Shown here piece after piece: positions 1 to 17,588 of a stretch of DNA of 64,000 bases. A program made the translations under genes and the position numbers. Numbering within the stretch: the stretch's first letter is position 1; every line of letters starts with the position of its first letter. The DNA lies in NCBI RefSeq assembly GCF_046105845.1, contig NZ_CP151004.1. One strand, written 5' to 3'. Below the pieces are notes generated by a model, which was not told where the DNA came from, did no database searches, and worked only from the letters and a program-made list of their open reading frames with translations. The DNA is from Escherichia coli. Its GTDB lineage: Bacteria > Pseudomonadota > Gammaproteobacteria > Enterobacterales > Enterobacteriaceae.

Positions 1-700
<700 letters not shown>

Positions 701-1034
701 TCAAAAAATCACAGTGCTCGGTCAACTCTTACCCCGCAAGCACAGGTTGTTGGCTTCGCGGAACCGGGATGTTCTTATAATCAATCACATTCCCTGTTAC
801 CAGAATCATCCCGAAAGCATTCAAATAGGACGCGGCATTATAGCGGCATCACTTTTATGAGTCGAGAACGGTTATTGCGCGCTGTCGCGTATTTTTTCAC
901 AATTCCCGGGCAATTTTCGTCTGAATGCTGGGCAAAAAGCGCAAAATCCAGACAAAACAAAACGGCCCGCAGGCCGTTTTTCATAAAATCTTTAGCAACA
1001 TACTGGAAAAGCGCCGACAGTTGCAAATGCGTTT

Positions 1035-1352
1035 TTACGCGATGCTTCCTGCTCCACGACAGGGAGGAGAGGCAAAGACGGTGTCCTGCAACCCTTCCCA
1101 CTCCTTAATAGTGTAAGTATGCAGAGCCAGCGCATGAACGGTAGTAGAGAGTTCCTCCGCTAAAGTACTGTAAATCATTCGATGACGATTCAGAAAACGT
1201 TCACCCGTAAAACGATCGCTGACCAGCACAACTTTAAAATGGCTTTCAGAGCCGGCTGGGACATTGTGACGATAGCTTTCATCCACTACTTCGAGGAATA
1301 CGGGTTGGAACGCCGCCCTTAATTTTTCTTCTATCCGCTCACGTATCATCAT
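1035..1352 (-). CDS. bolA: BolA transcriptional regulator (105 aa); ORF-track entry 1035..1385 trimmed to the internal Met
   Basis: Translation [48 protein letters not shown]... recognised as BolA; position upstream of tig. Confidence 0.9.
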
Positions 1353-1656
1353 GAAATATCTCCTCCGACAACGCTGAGATGTCATCCATCCCTTTAAATA
1401 CTAGCCGCTTTTACCGTTTCCATTGCAGCTTAACAACAAATATTTAGGTTTCGTCCTGGTTTTTCTGTCAAGCGTATGAAGTTTACTGATTTAAAGATTG
1501 AAACACAGGCCTCGCATCAGCGTTTCTTTTACCAGGGGCGATTATTTCGTCAACATGATGAATTTACATGCCTTACCCACTTCCCCTCGCCGTTGGCAAT
1601 GTTATGATGGCGGGAATTTTTACCAAACACGCTTAAGAGTCTCTGAGAGCCCGAAC

Positions 1657-2235
1657 ATGTTCAAAAAAATCCTCTTCCCGTTAGTTGCTCTGTTTATGCT
1701 TGCAGGATGCGCAAAACCGCCAACAACTATTGAAGTTTCCCCGACGATTACACTGCCACAGCAGGATCCAAGCCTGATGGGCGTCACCGTAAGCATTAAT
1801 GGTGCTGATCAGCGTACCGATCAGGCGCTGGCAAAAGTCACCCGCGATAATCAAATCGTTACCCTGACCGCCTCCCGCGATCTGCGTTTCCTGCTGCAAG
1901 AAGTGCTTGAAAAACAGATGACCGCGCGTGGTTACATGGTCGGTCCGAATGGCCCGGTTAATCTGCAAATCATCGTTAGCCAACTGTATGCTGACGTGTC
2001 CCAGGGCAACGTGCGCTACAACATCGCTACTAAAGCGGATATCGCCATCATCGCTACCGCGCAGAATGGCAACAAAATGACCAAGAACTATCGTGCCAGC
2101 TACAACGTTGAAGGTGCGTTCCAGGCCTCCAACAAAAATATCGCCGATGCGGTTAACAGTGTGCTGACCGATACCATCGCTGATATGTCTCAGGACACCA
2201 GCATCCACGAATTCATCAAGCAGAACGCGCGTTAA
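1657..2235 (+). CDS. yajG: lipoprotein YajG (192 aa); start moved to MFKKILFPLVALFMLAGC
   Basis: Lipoprotein signal peptide with lipobox LAGC; ORF-track entry 1498..2235 is 5'-extended; ATG seen at 1657-1659. Confidence 0.85.
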   Translation: MFKKILFPLVALFMLAGCAKPPTTIEVSPTITLPQQDPSLMGVTVSINGADQRTDQALAKVTRDNQIVTLTASRDLRFLLQEVLEKQMTARGYMVGPNGPVNLQIIVSQLYADVSQGNVRYNIATKADIAIIATAQNGNKMTKNYRASYNVEGAFQASNKNIADAVNSVLTDTIADMSQDTSIHEFIKQNAR

Positions 2236-2278
2236 TTTCTGCCCTCTGGCCCGGTGCAAGCCGGGCCTGTAGACACCC

Positions 2279-3754
2279 ATGTCCAGTCAATATTTACGTA
2301 TTTTTCAACAGCCGCGTTCAGCCATATTGCTGATCCTGGGTTTTGCTTCCGGGCTACCGCTCGCCCTGACATCCGGCACCTTACAGGCCTGGATGACGGT
2401 CGAGAATATCGACCTCAAAACCATTGGTTTCTTCTCGCTGGTAGGCCAGGCTTACGTTTTTAAATTCCTCTGGTCACCGCTGATGGACCGCTACACGCCC
2501 CCATTTTTCGGGCGGCGGCGCGGTTGGCTGCTCGCCACGCAAATTCTGTTATTAGTCGCCATTGCGGCGATGGGTTTTCTCGAACCAGGCACCCAGCTCC
2601 GCTGGATGGCGGCACTGGCGGTGGTGATCGCTTTTTGCTCTGCCTCCCAGGATATTGTCTTCGATGCGTGGAAAACCGATGTGCTCCCGGCAGAAGAACG
2701 TGGTGCGGGCGCGGCAATCAGCGTGCTGGGTTACCGTTTAGGGATGCTGGTTTCCGGCGGCTTAGCCCTGTGGCTGGCAGATAAATGGCTGGGCTGGCAG
2801 GGCATGTACTGGTTGATGGCGGCGCTGTTGATCCCCTGTATTATCGCGACGTTACTTGCACCAGAACCAACCGACACCATTCCAGTGCCCAAAACGCTGG
2901 AACAAGCGGTTGTTGCACCTCTGCGCGATTTCTTTGGTCGCAATAATGCCTGGCTTATTTTGCTTCTTATCGTGCTGTATAAGCTGGGCGACGCATTCGC
3001 CATGAGCCTGACAACCACGTTTTTGATTCGTGGCGTCGGGTTTGATGCGGGTGAAGTAGGCGTGGTTAACAAAACGCTTGGCTTACTGGCGACCATTGTT
3101 GGCGCATTGTACGGTGGGATTTTGATGCAGCGCCTGTCACTGTTCCGGGCGCTGCTGATTTTCGGTATTTTACAAGGTGCGTCTAACGCCGGTTACTGGC
3201 TGCTGTCGATTACTGATAAGCATCTCTACAGCATGGGCGCAGCCGTCTTTTTCGAAAACCTCTGTGGCGGGATGGGTACATCAGCCTTTGTCGCGCTGTT
3301 AATGACGCTGTGTAATAAGTCATTTTCCGCTACTCAATTTGCCCTGCTCTCAGCGCTTTCTGCTGTAGGGCGAGTTTATGTCGGCCCCGTGGCGGGTTGG
3401 TTTGTTGAAGCACACGGCTGGTCGACATTCTATCTGTTCTCCGTCGCCGCTGCCGTACCAGGGCTTATTTTGCTGCTGATTTGTCGCCAGACGCTTGAAT
3501 ATACACGAGTAAATGACAACTTTATCTCCCGTACCGAATATCCGGCAGGTTATGCCTTTGCCATGTGGACACTGGCGGCGGGCGTCAGCCTGTTGGCCGT
3601 GTGGTTACTGCTGTTGACGATGGACGCGCTGGATTTGACGCACTTCTCTTTCCTGCCTGCTCTGCTGGAAGTCGGGGTTTTAGTCGCCCTTTCTGGCGTC
3701 GTGCTTGGTGGTTTACTGGATTATCTGGCGCTACGAAAAACGCATCTGACGTAA
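2279..3754 (+). CDS. ampG: muropeptide permease AmpG (MFS, 491 aa)
   Basis: 491-aa polytopic membrane protein; sequence and synteny (yajG-ampG-cyo) recognised. Confidence 0.93.
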   Translation: MSSQYLRIFQQPRSAILLILGFASGLPLALTSGTLQAWMTVENIDLKTIGFFSLVGQAYVFKFLWSPLMDRYTPPFFGRRRGWLLATQILLLVAIAAMGFLEPGTQLRWMAALAVVIAFCSASQDIVFDAWKTDVLPAEERGAGAAISVLGYRLGMLVSGGLALWLADKWLGWQGMYWLMAALLIPCIIATLLAPEPTDTIPVPKTLEQAVVAPLRDFFGRNNAWLILLLIVLYKLGDAFAMSLTTTFLIRGVGFDAGEVGVVNKTLGLLATIVGALYGGILMQRLSLFRALLIFGILQGASNAGYWLLSITDKHLYSMGAAVFFENLCGGMGTSAFVALLMTLCNKSFSATQFALLSALSAVGRVYVGPVAGWFVEAHGWSTFYLFSVAAAVPGLILLLICRQTLEYTRVNDNFISRTEYPAGYAFAMWTLAAGVSLLAVWLLLLTMDALDLTHFSFLPALLEVGVLVALSGVVLGGLLDYLALRKTHLT

Positions 3755-4210
3755 TCTGTAAATATTATTTAGCTGTAGTAATCACTCGCCGTAATTATTA
3801 CGGCTAAATAAACATCAGCATCGCTTATTAATATTTGTTCTTTTGTGCGACTTAGCGTCTGGAAATTATTGACGCCATTTATGAATTCTATTTTTCTTAC
3901 ACGATTCAGCTAATGAGTCTTTATTTTCTCACTACCCAGTTGTCACCTTAATGATAATTATTTGTTAAATAATTGTTTTATTTCGCATTGGTTATACCAA
4001 TTGCCCGCCCAGACTCCTTCTGCACTCCCCTTTTGTTATAACGCCCTTTTGCAACAGCTTCTTAAAATCAACCTGATATGTTTTGCAACATATGTGACCT
4101 GGAAGCCAAATCCAAGTAACAGGAATTTAATCATGTTTACAGTAATGTAACCTTCCCGTAAAATGCCCACACACTTTAAACGCCACCAGATCCCGTGGAA
4201 TTGAGGTCGT

Positions 4211-5161
<951 letters not shown>

Positions 5162-5170
5162 AGGGGTTGA

Positions 5171-8107
<2,937 letters not shown>

Positions 8108-8118
8108 GAGCGGCGGTT

Positions 8119-9009
8119 ATGATGTTTAAGCAATACCTGCAAGTAACGAAACCAGGCATCATCTTTGGCAACCTGATCTCGGTGATTGGGGGATTCCTAC
8201 TGGCCTCAAAGGGCCGCATTGATTATCCCCTGTTTATCTACACGCTGGTTGGGGTGTCACTGGTTGTGGCGTCGGGTTGTGTGTTTAACAACTACATCGA
8301 CAGGGATATCGACAGAAAGATGGAAAGGACGAAGAATCGGGTGCTGGTTAAAGGCCTGATCTCTCCTGCTGTCTCGCTGGTGTACGCCACCTTGCTGGGT
8401 ATTGCTGGCTTTATGCTGCTGTGGTTTGGCGCGAATCCGCTGGCCTGCTGGCTGGGGGTGATGGGCTTTGTGGTTTATGTCGGTGTTTATAGCCTGTACA
8501 TGAAACGCCACTCGGTCTACGGCACATTGATTGGTTCGCTCTCCGGCGCTGCGCCGCCGGTGATCGGCTACTGTGCAGTAACCGGCGAGTTCGATAGTGG
8601 CGCAGCGATCCTGCTTGCTATCTTCAGTCTGTGGCAGATGCCTCACTCCTATGCCATCGCCATTTTCCGCTTTAAGGATTACCAGGCGGCAAACATTCCG
8701 GTATTGCCAGTGGTAAAAGGCATTTCGGTGGCGAAGAATCACATCACGCTGTATATCATCGCCTTTGCCGTTGCCACGCTGATGCTCTCTCTTGGCGGTT
8801 ACGCTGGGTATAAATATCTGGTAGTCGCCGCGGCGGTGAGCGTCTGGTGGTTAGGCATGGCTCTGCGCGGTTATAAAGTTGCTGATGACAGAATCTGGGC
8901 GCGCAAGCTGTTCGGCTTCTCTATCATCGCCATCACTGCCCTCTCGGTGATGATGTCCGTTGATTTTATGGTGCCGGACTCGCATACGCTGCTGGCTGCT
9001 GTGTGGTAA
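8119..9009 (+). CDS. cyoE: haem O synthase (protohaem IX farnesyltransferase, 296 aa)
   Basis: ORF-track entry 8074..9009 trimmed to [19 protein letters not shown]; UbiA-family membrane protein. Confidence 0.9.
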   Translation: MMFKQYLQVTKPGIIFGNLISVIGGFLLASKGRIDYPLFIYTLVGVSLVVASGCVFNNYIDRDIDRKMERTKNRVLVKGLISPAVSLVYATLLGIAGFMLLWFGANPLACWLGVMGFVVYVGVYSLYMKRHSVYGTLIGSLSGAAPPVIGYCAVTGEFDSGAAILLAIFSLWQMPHSYAIAIFRFKDYQAANIPVLPVVKGISVAKNHITLYIIAFAVATLMLSLGGYAGYKYLVVAAAVSVWWLGMALRGYKVADDRIWARKLFGFSIIAITALSVMMSVDFMVPDSHTLLAAVW

Positions 9010-9023
9010 CACAACCCCTCAGT

Positions 9024-9051
9024 AAAAAAGGTGCTACGGCACCTTTTTTCT
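9024..9051 (+). terminator. rho-independent terminator of the cyo operon
   Basis: AAAAAAGGTGC-TACG-GCACCTTTTTT: GC-containing stem followed by a T6 run, 15 nt after the cyoE stop. Confidence 0.8.
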
Positions 9052-9157
9052 TAGCATTAGAAACATATCCCTCTCGAAATATTTACTAAAAAATCCGTAT
9101 GTTTACCCCATTCGTTTGCCGCTTTACACTAGTCGCGAATTTAAAACAGAGGTGGTA

Positions 9158-10522
9158 ATGAACGATTATAAAATGACGCCAGGTGAGCGGCGCGCGACCT
9201 GGGGTTTAGGGACCGTATTCTCGTTGCGCATGCTGGGCATGTTTATGGTTCTGCCGGTTCTGACCACATACGGCATGGCTCTGCAAGGTGCCAGCGAAGC
9301 ATTAATCGGTATTGCCATTGGTATTTATGGTCTGACGCAGGCCGTTTTTCAGATTCCGTTTGGCCTGCTTTCCGACCGCATTGGCCGCAAACCATTAATT
9401 GTCGGTGGGCTGGTGGTATTTGCCGCCGGTAGCGTTATTGCTGCGCTCTCTGACTCCATCTGGGGAATTATTCTGGGCCGGGCGTTACAAGGCTCTGGAG
9501 CGATTGCCGCTGCCGTTATGGCGCTGCTTTCCGATCTCACGCGCGAACAAAACCGCACCAAAGCGATGGCGTTTATCGGCGTGAGTTTTGGCATTACCTT
9601 CGCCATTGCGATGGTGCTTGGTCCGATCATCACTCACAAACTTGGGCTGCACGCGCTGTTCTGGATGATCGCTATTCTGGCAACAACCGGCATTGCATTG
9701 ACCATTTGGGTTGTGCCCAACAGCAGCACGCACGTACTCAATCGTGAGTCCGGGATGGTGAAAGGCAGTTTCAGTAAAGTGCTGGCGGAACCGCGGCTGC
9801 TGAAACTCAACTTTGGCATTATGTGTCTACATATTTTGCTAATGTCGACGTTTGTTGCCCTGCCAGGGCAACTGGCTGATGCGGGATTTCCGGCGGCTGA
9901 ACACTGGAAGGTCTACCTGGCAACGATGTTAATCGCCTTTGGCTCGGTCGTGCCTTTCATTATCTACGCTGAAGTTAAGCGCAAAATGAAGCAAGTCTTT
10001 GTCTTCTGCGTTGGGTTGATCGTGGTTGCGGAAATTGTGTTGTGGAACGCACAAACGCAGTTCTGGCAACTGGTGGTCGGCGTGCAGCTTTTCTTTGTGG
10101 CGTTTAATTTGATGGAAGCCCTCCTGCCCTCACTTATCAGTAAAGAGTCGCCAGCAGGTTACAAAGGTACGGCGATGGGTGTTTACTCCACCAGCCAGTT
10201 TCTTGGCGTGGCGATTGGCGGTTCGCTGGGTGGCTGGATTGACGGCATGTTTGACGGTCAGGGGGTATTTCTCGCTGGCGCAATGCTGGCCGCAGTGTGG
10301 CTGGCAGTCGCCAGCACCATGAAAGAACCGCCGTATGTCAGCAGTTTGCGCATTGAAATCCCGGCGGACATTGCCGCAAACGAGGCGTTAAAAGTGCGTT
10401 TGCTGGAAACCGCGGGCGTCAAAGAAGTGTTGATTGCAGAAGAAGAACATTCAGCTTATGTGAAAATCGACAGTAAAGTGACGAATCGCTTTGAGGTTGA
10501 ACAGGCAATTCGTCAGGCATAA
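9158..10522 (+). CDS. yajR: MFS transporter YajR (454 aa)
   Basis: ORF-track entry 9116..10522 trimmed to MNDYKMTPGERRATWGLG; polytopic MFS protein with C-terminal soluble domain. Confidence 0.85.
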   Translation: MNDYKMTPGERRATWGLGTVFSLRMLGMFMVLPVLTTYGMALQGASEALIGIAIGIYGLTQAVFQIPFGLLSDRIGRKPLIVGGLVVFAAGSVIAALSDSIWGIILGRALQGSGAIAAAVMALLSDLTREQNRTKAMAFIGVSFGITFAIAMVLGPIITHKLGLHALFWMIAILATTGIALTIWVVPNSSTHVLNRESGMVKGSFSKVLAEPRLLKLNFGIMCLHILLMSTFVALPGQLADAGFPAAEHWKVYLATMLIAFGSVVPFIIYAEVKRKMKQVFVFCVGLIVVAEIVLWNAQTQFWQLVVGVQLFFVAFNLMEALLPSLISKESPAGYKGTAMGVYSTSQFLGVAIGGSLGGWIDGMFDGQGVFLAGAMLAAVWLAVASTMKEPPYVSSLRIEIPADIAANEALKVRLLETAGVKEVLIAEEEHSAYVKIDSKVTNRFEVEQAIRQA

Positions 10523-10537
10523 AAAACGAGGCGAATT

Positions 10538-10610
10538 GCCTGCTGCGCTACGCTTACCAGGCCTACAAAGTTCTTGAGTTACAAATCGTTGTAGGCCGAA
10601 TTAGCTGTTC
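10538..10610. repeat. REP/BIME-like palindromic element
   Basis: GCCTGCTGCGCTACGCTTACCAGGCCTACAA followed by the inverted partner TTGTAGGCCGAA; classic REP-type sequence between the convergent 3' ends of yajR and yajQ. Confidence 0.55.
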
Positions 10611-10649
10611 ATGCTGCATTCGGCATGAACAAAACGCACATTGTCGCGA

Positions 10650-11141
10650 TTAATCGCGGAAGTTTTTGAACTGGAACGGCTGACCCAGATCGCCACCACG
10701 TACCATCGCCATGACAGCCTGCAAATCATCACGAGATTTACCCGTTACGCGGATCTCATCACCCTGAATTTGCGCCTGCACTTTCAGTTTGCTGTCTTTG
10801 ATCATCTTGACGATTTTCTTCTGGGTCGCACTCTCAATGCCCTGTTTCAGTTTCGCTTCCACAAACCAGGTTTTACCGCTATGAACGATATTTTCCGGTA
10901 CATCCAGCGAACTGCCTTCAATGCCGCGCTTCAGCAGCTTGGCACGCAGAATATCCAGCAACTGATTGACCTGGAAATCGGACTCGCTCAACACTTTGAT
11001 GGTTTTGCTGGCGTCGTTCAGCTCAAATGAGGCTTCAACATTACGGAAGTCAAAACGGGACTCCACTTCGCGGCTCGCGTTATCGACCGCGTTACGTGCT
11101 TCCTGAAGATCAACTTCAGAGACAATATCGAAAGATGGCAT
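10650..11141 (-). CDS. yajQ: nucleotide-binding protein YajQ (163 aa)
   Basis: ORF-track entry 10650..11186 trimmed to [26 protein letters not shown]. Confidence 0.9.
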
Positions 11142-11220
11142 CTTTTCCTCTCCCTTCATTTTTGATGCGAAGCATAATACCTGCAAAGTTAAATAACCAA
11201 CAGTCCTGCACCAGGACGTA

Positions 11221-11264
11221 TCCCTTAATTGTGCATAGTCGCAACAGCATGCACAATTAAGGGA
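11221..11264. repeat. perfect 16-bp inverted repeat with 12-nt spacer in the yajQ/panE divergent intergenic region
   Basis: TCCCTTAATTGTGCAT-agtcgcaacagc-ATGCACAATTAAGGGA read directly; a second short palindrome GTCCTGCACCAGGAC lies just upstream at about 11203-11217. Confidence 0.9.
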
Positions 11265-11308
11265 TAGCCTTATTGAACACCCGGAGTGGTTGCGGGTGAG
11301 GAGGAAGA

Positions 11309-12773
<1,465 letters not shown>

Positions 12774-12774
12774 T

Positions 12775-12814
12775 GTCGGATGCGGCAAACGTCGCATCTG
12801 ACCAGATGCGACGT
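12775..12814. repeat. REP-like palindromic unit
   Basis: GTCGGATGCGGCAAACGTCGCATCTGACCAGATGCGACG between the convergent 3' ends of yajL and thiI. Confidence 0.45.
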
Positions 12815-12826
12815 AAAAAACACAAA

Positions 12827-14275
12827 TTACGGGCGATATACCTTCACATTGTTAAAGCCCTGCTCGCGCAGATAGAGCGCCTGCAGGCGGCTCATCACCC
12901 CGCGCTCACACCACAACAGCCAGGTTTTGCTCTGATCGAGATCGCCAAATTTGGTGCTCAACTTGTAGAACGGCAGAGAAACCACATCAATCCCTTCGAC
13001 TTTCAGTGGCTTATCTTCCTGTTCATCGACAGAACGGATATCGAGAATCACGTCGTTCGGGCCAAAGCCGTTGACGGTTTCCACTTCCACCACTTCCTGC
13101 TCGGTCTGCTGGGCGATTTCGCGGATATCAACGTTATTCGCTTCCTCCACCACTTTATCGAGAATGCTGAAGTCGAACTTCTCTTCTTCCGCTTCAATCT
13201 TCGATTTAACCGCTTTCACCGTCGGGCTTTTGGAGATCACGCCACAATATTCCGGCATCGTGCGGGCAAAGTCTTCAGTGCCAATCTGGCGAGCCAGGTT
13301 GATGATGTGCTCTTTGTCGTAAGAGATCAGCGGACGCAGGATCAGCGTATCGGAGACGTTATCAATCAGGCGCAGGTTGGTCAGCGTCTGGCTGGACACC
13401 TGGCCGAGCGCTTCGCCGGTGACCAGCGCCTGTACGCCGTAACGTTCTGCCACTTTGGACGCGGCACGCACCATCATACGTTTGAGGATAACACCCATCT
13501 GACCGTCGTCGATTTTCTCGAGAATTTCCCCGACGACAGGTTCGAAATTAATAGCGACAAAACGCACGCGGTGGGAGCTGCCAAAGCGGTTCCACAGATA
13601 ATGCGCCACCTGACGCACGCCAATTTCATGCGCCGCGCCGCCGAGGTTAAAGAAGCAGTAATGCACGCGGCAGCCGCGACGCATCAACATATAACTGGAA
13701 ACACCGGAGTCGAAACCACCGGAAATGAGCGACAGCACATCTTCCTGGGTGCCGATCGGGAAACCGCCAATACCTTCGTAGCGGCCTTTAATCAGCAGGA
13801 GACGATCGTCTTCAACTTCCAGATGGACAGTGACATCCGGGTTAGTCAGCTTCACGCGCGCGGATTCAATATGTTGATTTAAACCGCCGCCGACGTAACG
13901 TTCCACATCAATCGAGCTAAAATCATGTTTGCCGCGGCGCTTCACGCGTACGCAGAAGGTTTTCCCCTCCAGCTGATCGCGATACTGAACCAACGCTTTT
14001 TCGAAAATATCGTGCATGTCGGTAAACGGCACGTCTTCAACTTCGAGAATATGGTGGATACCCGGAATACGGGTTAGGGCGTCGCGAATGGCCAGACGCT
14101 GGTTTTCATCTTTTGCGCGAACTTCGATGTTATCCCAGTGGCGGACGACAGCGAGCGTCTCATCATAGTGCTTTAAAACGTTACGAATGTTCCCGGTAAG
14201 GATTTTTATAAAGCGCAAGCGCACAGATTGGCTTTTGATGGTGATTTCCGGGAACAATTTAATGATAAACTTCAT
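12827..14275 (-). CDS. thiI: tRNA 4-thiouridine synthase / thiamine biosynthesis protein ThiI (482 aa)
   Basis: 482 aa; THUMP, PP-loop and rhodanese-type regions; recognised sequence. Confidence 0.95.
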   Translation of the reverse strand: MKFIIKLFPEITIKSQSVRLRFIKILTGNIRNVLKHYDETLAVVRHWDNIEVRAKDENQRLAIRDALTRIPGIHHILEVEDVPFTDMHDIFEKALVQYRDQLEGKTFCVRVKRRGKHDFSSIDVERYVGGGLNQHIESARVKLTNPDVTVHLEVEDDRLLLIKGRYEGIGGFPIGTQEDVLSLISGGFDSGVSSYMLMRRGCRVHYCFFNLGGAAHEIGVRQVAHYLWNRFGSSHRVRFVAINFEPVVGEILEKIDDGQMGVILKRMMVRAASKVAERYGVQALVTGEALGQVSSQTLTNLRLIDNVSDTLILRPLISYDKEHIINLARQIGTEDFARTMPEYCGVISKSPTVKAVKSKIEAEEEKFDFSILDKVVEEANNVDIREIAQQTEQEVVEVETVNGFGPNDVILDIRSVDEQEDKPLKVEGIDVVSLPFYKLSTKFGDLDQSKTWLLWCERGVMSRLQALYLREQGFNNVKVYRP

Positions 14276-14480
14276 GGCGGCAATGGTTCGTTGGCAAGCC
14301 TTAAGCGACTTGTATAGGGAAAAATACAGCAGCCCACACCTGCGGCTGCATCCAGGCGCGGAAGTATACCACTAACATCGCTTTGCTGCGCACATCACCT
14401 TACCATTGCGCGTTATTTGCTATTTGCCCTGAGTCCGTTACCATGACGGGGCGAAAAATATTGAGAGTCAGACATTCATT

Positions 14481-14723
14481 ATGCCGAAGAAAAATGAGGC
14501 GCACGCCAGCTTTGAAAAGGCGCTGAGCGAGCTGGAACAGATTGTAACCCGTCTGGAAAGTGGCGACCTGCCGCTGGAAGAGGCGCTGAACGAGTTCGAA
14601 CGCGGCGTGCAGCTGGCACGTCAGGGGCAGGCCAAATTACAACAAGCCGAACAGCGCGTACAAATTCTGCTGTCTGACAATGAAGACGCCTCTCTAACCC
14701 CTTTTACACCGGACAATGAGTAA
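14481..14723 (+). CDS. xseB: exodeoxyribonuclease VII small subunit
   Basis: 80 aa; recognised; 1-nt overlap (TAATG) with ispA. Confidence 0.95.
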   Translation: MPKKNEAHASFEKALSELEQIVTRLESGDLPLEEALNEFERGVQLARQGQAKLQQAEQRVQILLSDNEDASLTPFTPDNE

Positions 14724-15622
14724 TGGACTTTCCGCAGCAACTCGAAGCCTGCGTTAAGCAGGCCAACCAGGCGCTGAGCCGTTTTATCGCCCCACTGCCC
14801 TTTCAGAACACTCCCGTGGTCGAAACCATGCAGTATGGCGCATTATTAGGTGGTAAGCGCCTGCGACCTTTCCTGGTTTATGCCACCGGTCATATGTTCG
14901 GCGTTAGCACAAACACGCTGGACGCACCCGCTGCCGCCGTAGAGTGTATCCACGCTTACTCATTAATTCATGATGATTTACCGGCAATGGATGATGACGA
15001 TCTGCGTCGCGGTTTGCCAACCTGCCATGTGAAGTTTGGCGAAGCAAACGCGATTCTCGCTGGCGACGCTTTACAAACGCTGGCGTTCTCGATTCTAAGC
15101 GATGCCGATATGCCGGAAGTGTCGGATCGCGACAGAATTTCGATGATTTCAGAACTGGCGAGCGCCAGCGGTATTGCCGGAATGTGCGGTGGTCAGGCAT
15201 TAGATTTAGACGCTGAAGGCAAACACGTACCTCTGGACGCGCTTGAGCGTATTCATCGTCATAAAACCGGCGCATTGATTCGCGCCGCCGTTCGCCTTGG
15301 TGCATTAAGCGCCGGAGATAAAGGACGTCGTGCTCTGCCAGTACTCGACAAGTACGCAGAGAGCATCGGCCTTGCCTTCCAGGTTCAGGATGACATCCTG
15401 GATGTGGTAGGAGATACTGCAACGTTGGGAAAACGCCAGGGTGCTGACCAGCAACTTGGTAAAAGTACCTACCCTGCACTTCTGGGTCTTGAGCAAGCCC
15501 GGAAGAAAGCCCGGGATCTGATCGACGATGCCCGTCAGTCGCTGAAACAACTGGCTGAACAGTCACTCGATACCTCGGCACTGGAAGCGCTAGCGGACTA
15601 CATCATCCAGCGTAATAAATAA
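14723..15622 (+). CDS. ispA: farnesyl diphosphate synthase
   Basis: 299 aa; DDxxD motifs (LIHDDLPAMDDDD and FQVQDDILD). Confidence 0.95.
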   Translation: MDFPQQLEACVKQANQALSRFIAPLPFQNTPVVETMQYGALLGGKRLRPFLVYATGHMFGVSTNTLDAPAAAVECIHAYSLIHDDLPAMDDDDLRRGLPTCHVKFGEANAILAGDALQTLAFSILSDADMPEVSDRDRISMISELASASGIAGMCGGQALDLDAEGKHVPLDALERIHRHKTGALIRAAVRLGALSAGDKGRRALPVLDKYAESIGLAFQVQDDILDVVGDTATLGKRQGADQQLGKSTYPALLGLEQARKKARDLIDDARQSLKQLAEQSLDTSALEALADYIIQRNK

Positions 15623-15646
15623 ACAATAAGTATTAATAGGCCCCTG

Positions 15647-17509
15647 ATGAGTTTTGATATTGCCAAATACCCGACCCTGGCACTGGTCGACTCCACCCAG
15701 GAGTTACGACTGTTGCCGAAAGAGAGTTTACCGAAACTCTGCGACGAACTGCGCCGCTATTTACTCGACAGCGTGAGCCGTTCCAGCGGGCACTTCGCCT
15801 CCGGGCTGGGCACGGTCGAACTGACCGTGGCGCTGCACTATGTCTACAACACCCCGTTTGACCAATTGATTTGGGATGTGGGGCATCAGGCTTATCCGCA
15901 TAAAATTTTGACCGGACGCCGCGACAAAATCGGCACCATCCGTCAGAAAGGCGGTCTGCACCCGTTCCCGTGGCGCGGCGAAAGCGAATATGACGTATTA
16001 AGCGTCGGGCATTCATCAACCTCCATCAGTGCCGGAATTGGTATTGCGGTTGCTGCCGAGAAAGAAGGCAAAAATCGCCGCACCGTCTGTGTAATCGGCG
16101 ATGGTGCGATTACCGCAGGCATGGCGTTTGAAGCGATGAATCACGCGGGCGATATCCGTCCTGATATGCTGGTGGTTCTCAACGACAATGAAATGTCGAT
16201 TTCCGAAAATGTTGGCGCGCTCAACAACCATCTAGCGCAGCTGCTTTCCGGTAAGCTTTACTCTTCACTGCGCGAAGGCGGGAAAAAAGTTTTCTCTGGC
16301 GTGCCCCCCATTAAAGAGCTGCTCAAACGTACCGAAGAACATATTAAAGGCATGGTAGTGCCTGGCACATTGTTTGAAGAGCTGGGCTTTAACTACATCG
16401 GCCCGGTTGACGGTCACGATGTGCTGGGGCTTATCACCACGCTTAAGAACATGCGCGACCTGAAAGGCCCGCAGTTCCTGCATATCATGACCAAAAAAGG
16501 TCGTGGTTATGAACCGGCAGAAAAAGACCCAATCACTTTCCACGCCGTGCCTAAATTTGATCCCTCCAGCGGTTGTTTGCCGAAAAGTAGCGGCGGTTTG
16601 CCGAGCTATTCAAAAATCTTTGGCGACTGGTTGTGCGAAACGGCGGCGAAAGATAACAAGCTGATGGCGATTACTCCGGCGATGCGTGAAGGTTCCGGTA
16701 TGGTTGAGTTTTCTCGTAAATTCCCGGATCGCTACTTCGACGTGGCAATTGCCGAGCAACACGCAGTGACCTTTGCTGCGGGTCTGGCGATTGGTGGGTA
16801 CAAACCCATTGTCGCGATCTACTCCACCTTCCTGCAACGCGCCTATGATCAGGTGCTGCATGACGTGGCGATTCAAAAACTCCCGGTCCTGTTCGCCATC
16901 GACCGCGCGGGCATTGTTGGTGCTGACGGTCAAACCCATCAGGGTGCTTTTGATCTCTCTTACCTGCGCTGCATACCGGAAATGGTCATTATGACCCCGA
17001 GCGATGAAAACGAATGTCGCCAGATGCTCTATACCGGCTATCACTATAACGATGGCCCGTCAGCGGTACGCTACCCGCGTGGCAACGCGGTTGGCGTGGA
17101 ACTGACGCCGCTGGAAAAACTGCCAATTGGCAAAGGCATTGTGAAGCGTCGTGGCGAGAAACTGGCGATCCTTAACTTTGGTACGCTGATGCCAGAAGCG
17201 GCGAAAGTCGCTGAATCGCTGAACGCTACGCTGGTCGATATGCGTTTTGTGAAACCGCTTGATGAAGCGTTAATTCTGGAAATGGCCGCCAGCCATGAAG
17301 CGCTGGTCACCGTAGAAGAAAACGCCATTATGGGCGGCGCAGGCAGCGGCGTGAACGAAGTGCTGATGGCCCATCGTAAACCAGTACCCGTGCTGAACAT
17401 TGGTCTGCCGGACTTCTTTATTCCACAAGGAACACAGGAAGAAATGCGCGCCGAACTCGGCCTCGATGCTGCCGGTATGGAAGCCAAAATCAAGGCCTGG
17501 CTGGCATAA
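15647..17509 (+). CDS. dxs: 1-deoxy-D-xylulose-5-phosphate synthase
   Basis: 620 aa; TPP-binding GDG motif; recognised sequence. Confidence 0.95.
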
Positions 17510-17588
17510 TCCCTACTCCACTCCTGCTATGCTTAAGAAATTATTCATAGACTCTAAATAATTCGAGTTGCAGGAAGGCGGCAAACGA

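Noticed and set aside
3765-3812. Nested palindrome after ampG (TTATTTAGC ... CCGTAATTATTACGG ... GCTAAATAA) as a terminator
   Set aside because: The stem is AT-rich with a 30-nt loop and no following T-tract on the ampG strand; more likely part of the AT-rich cyo upstream regulatory region. No specific function is claimed.
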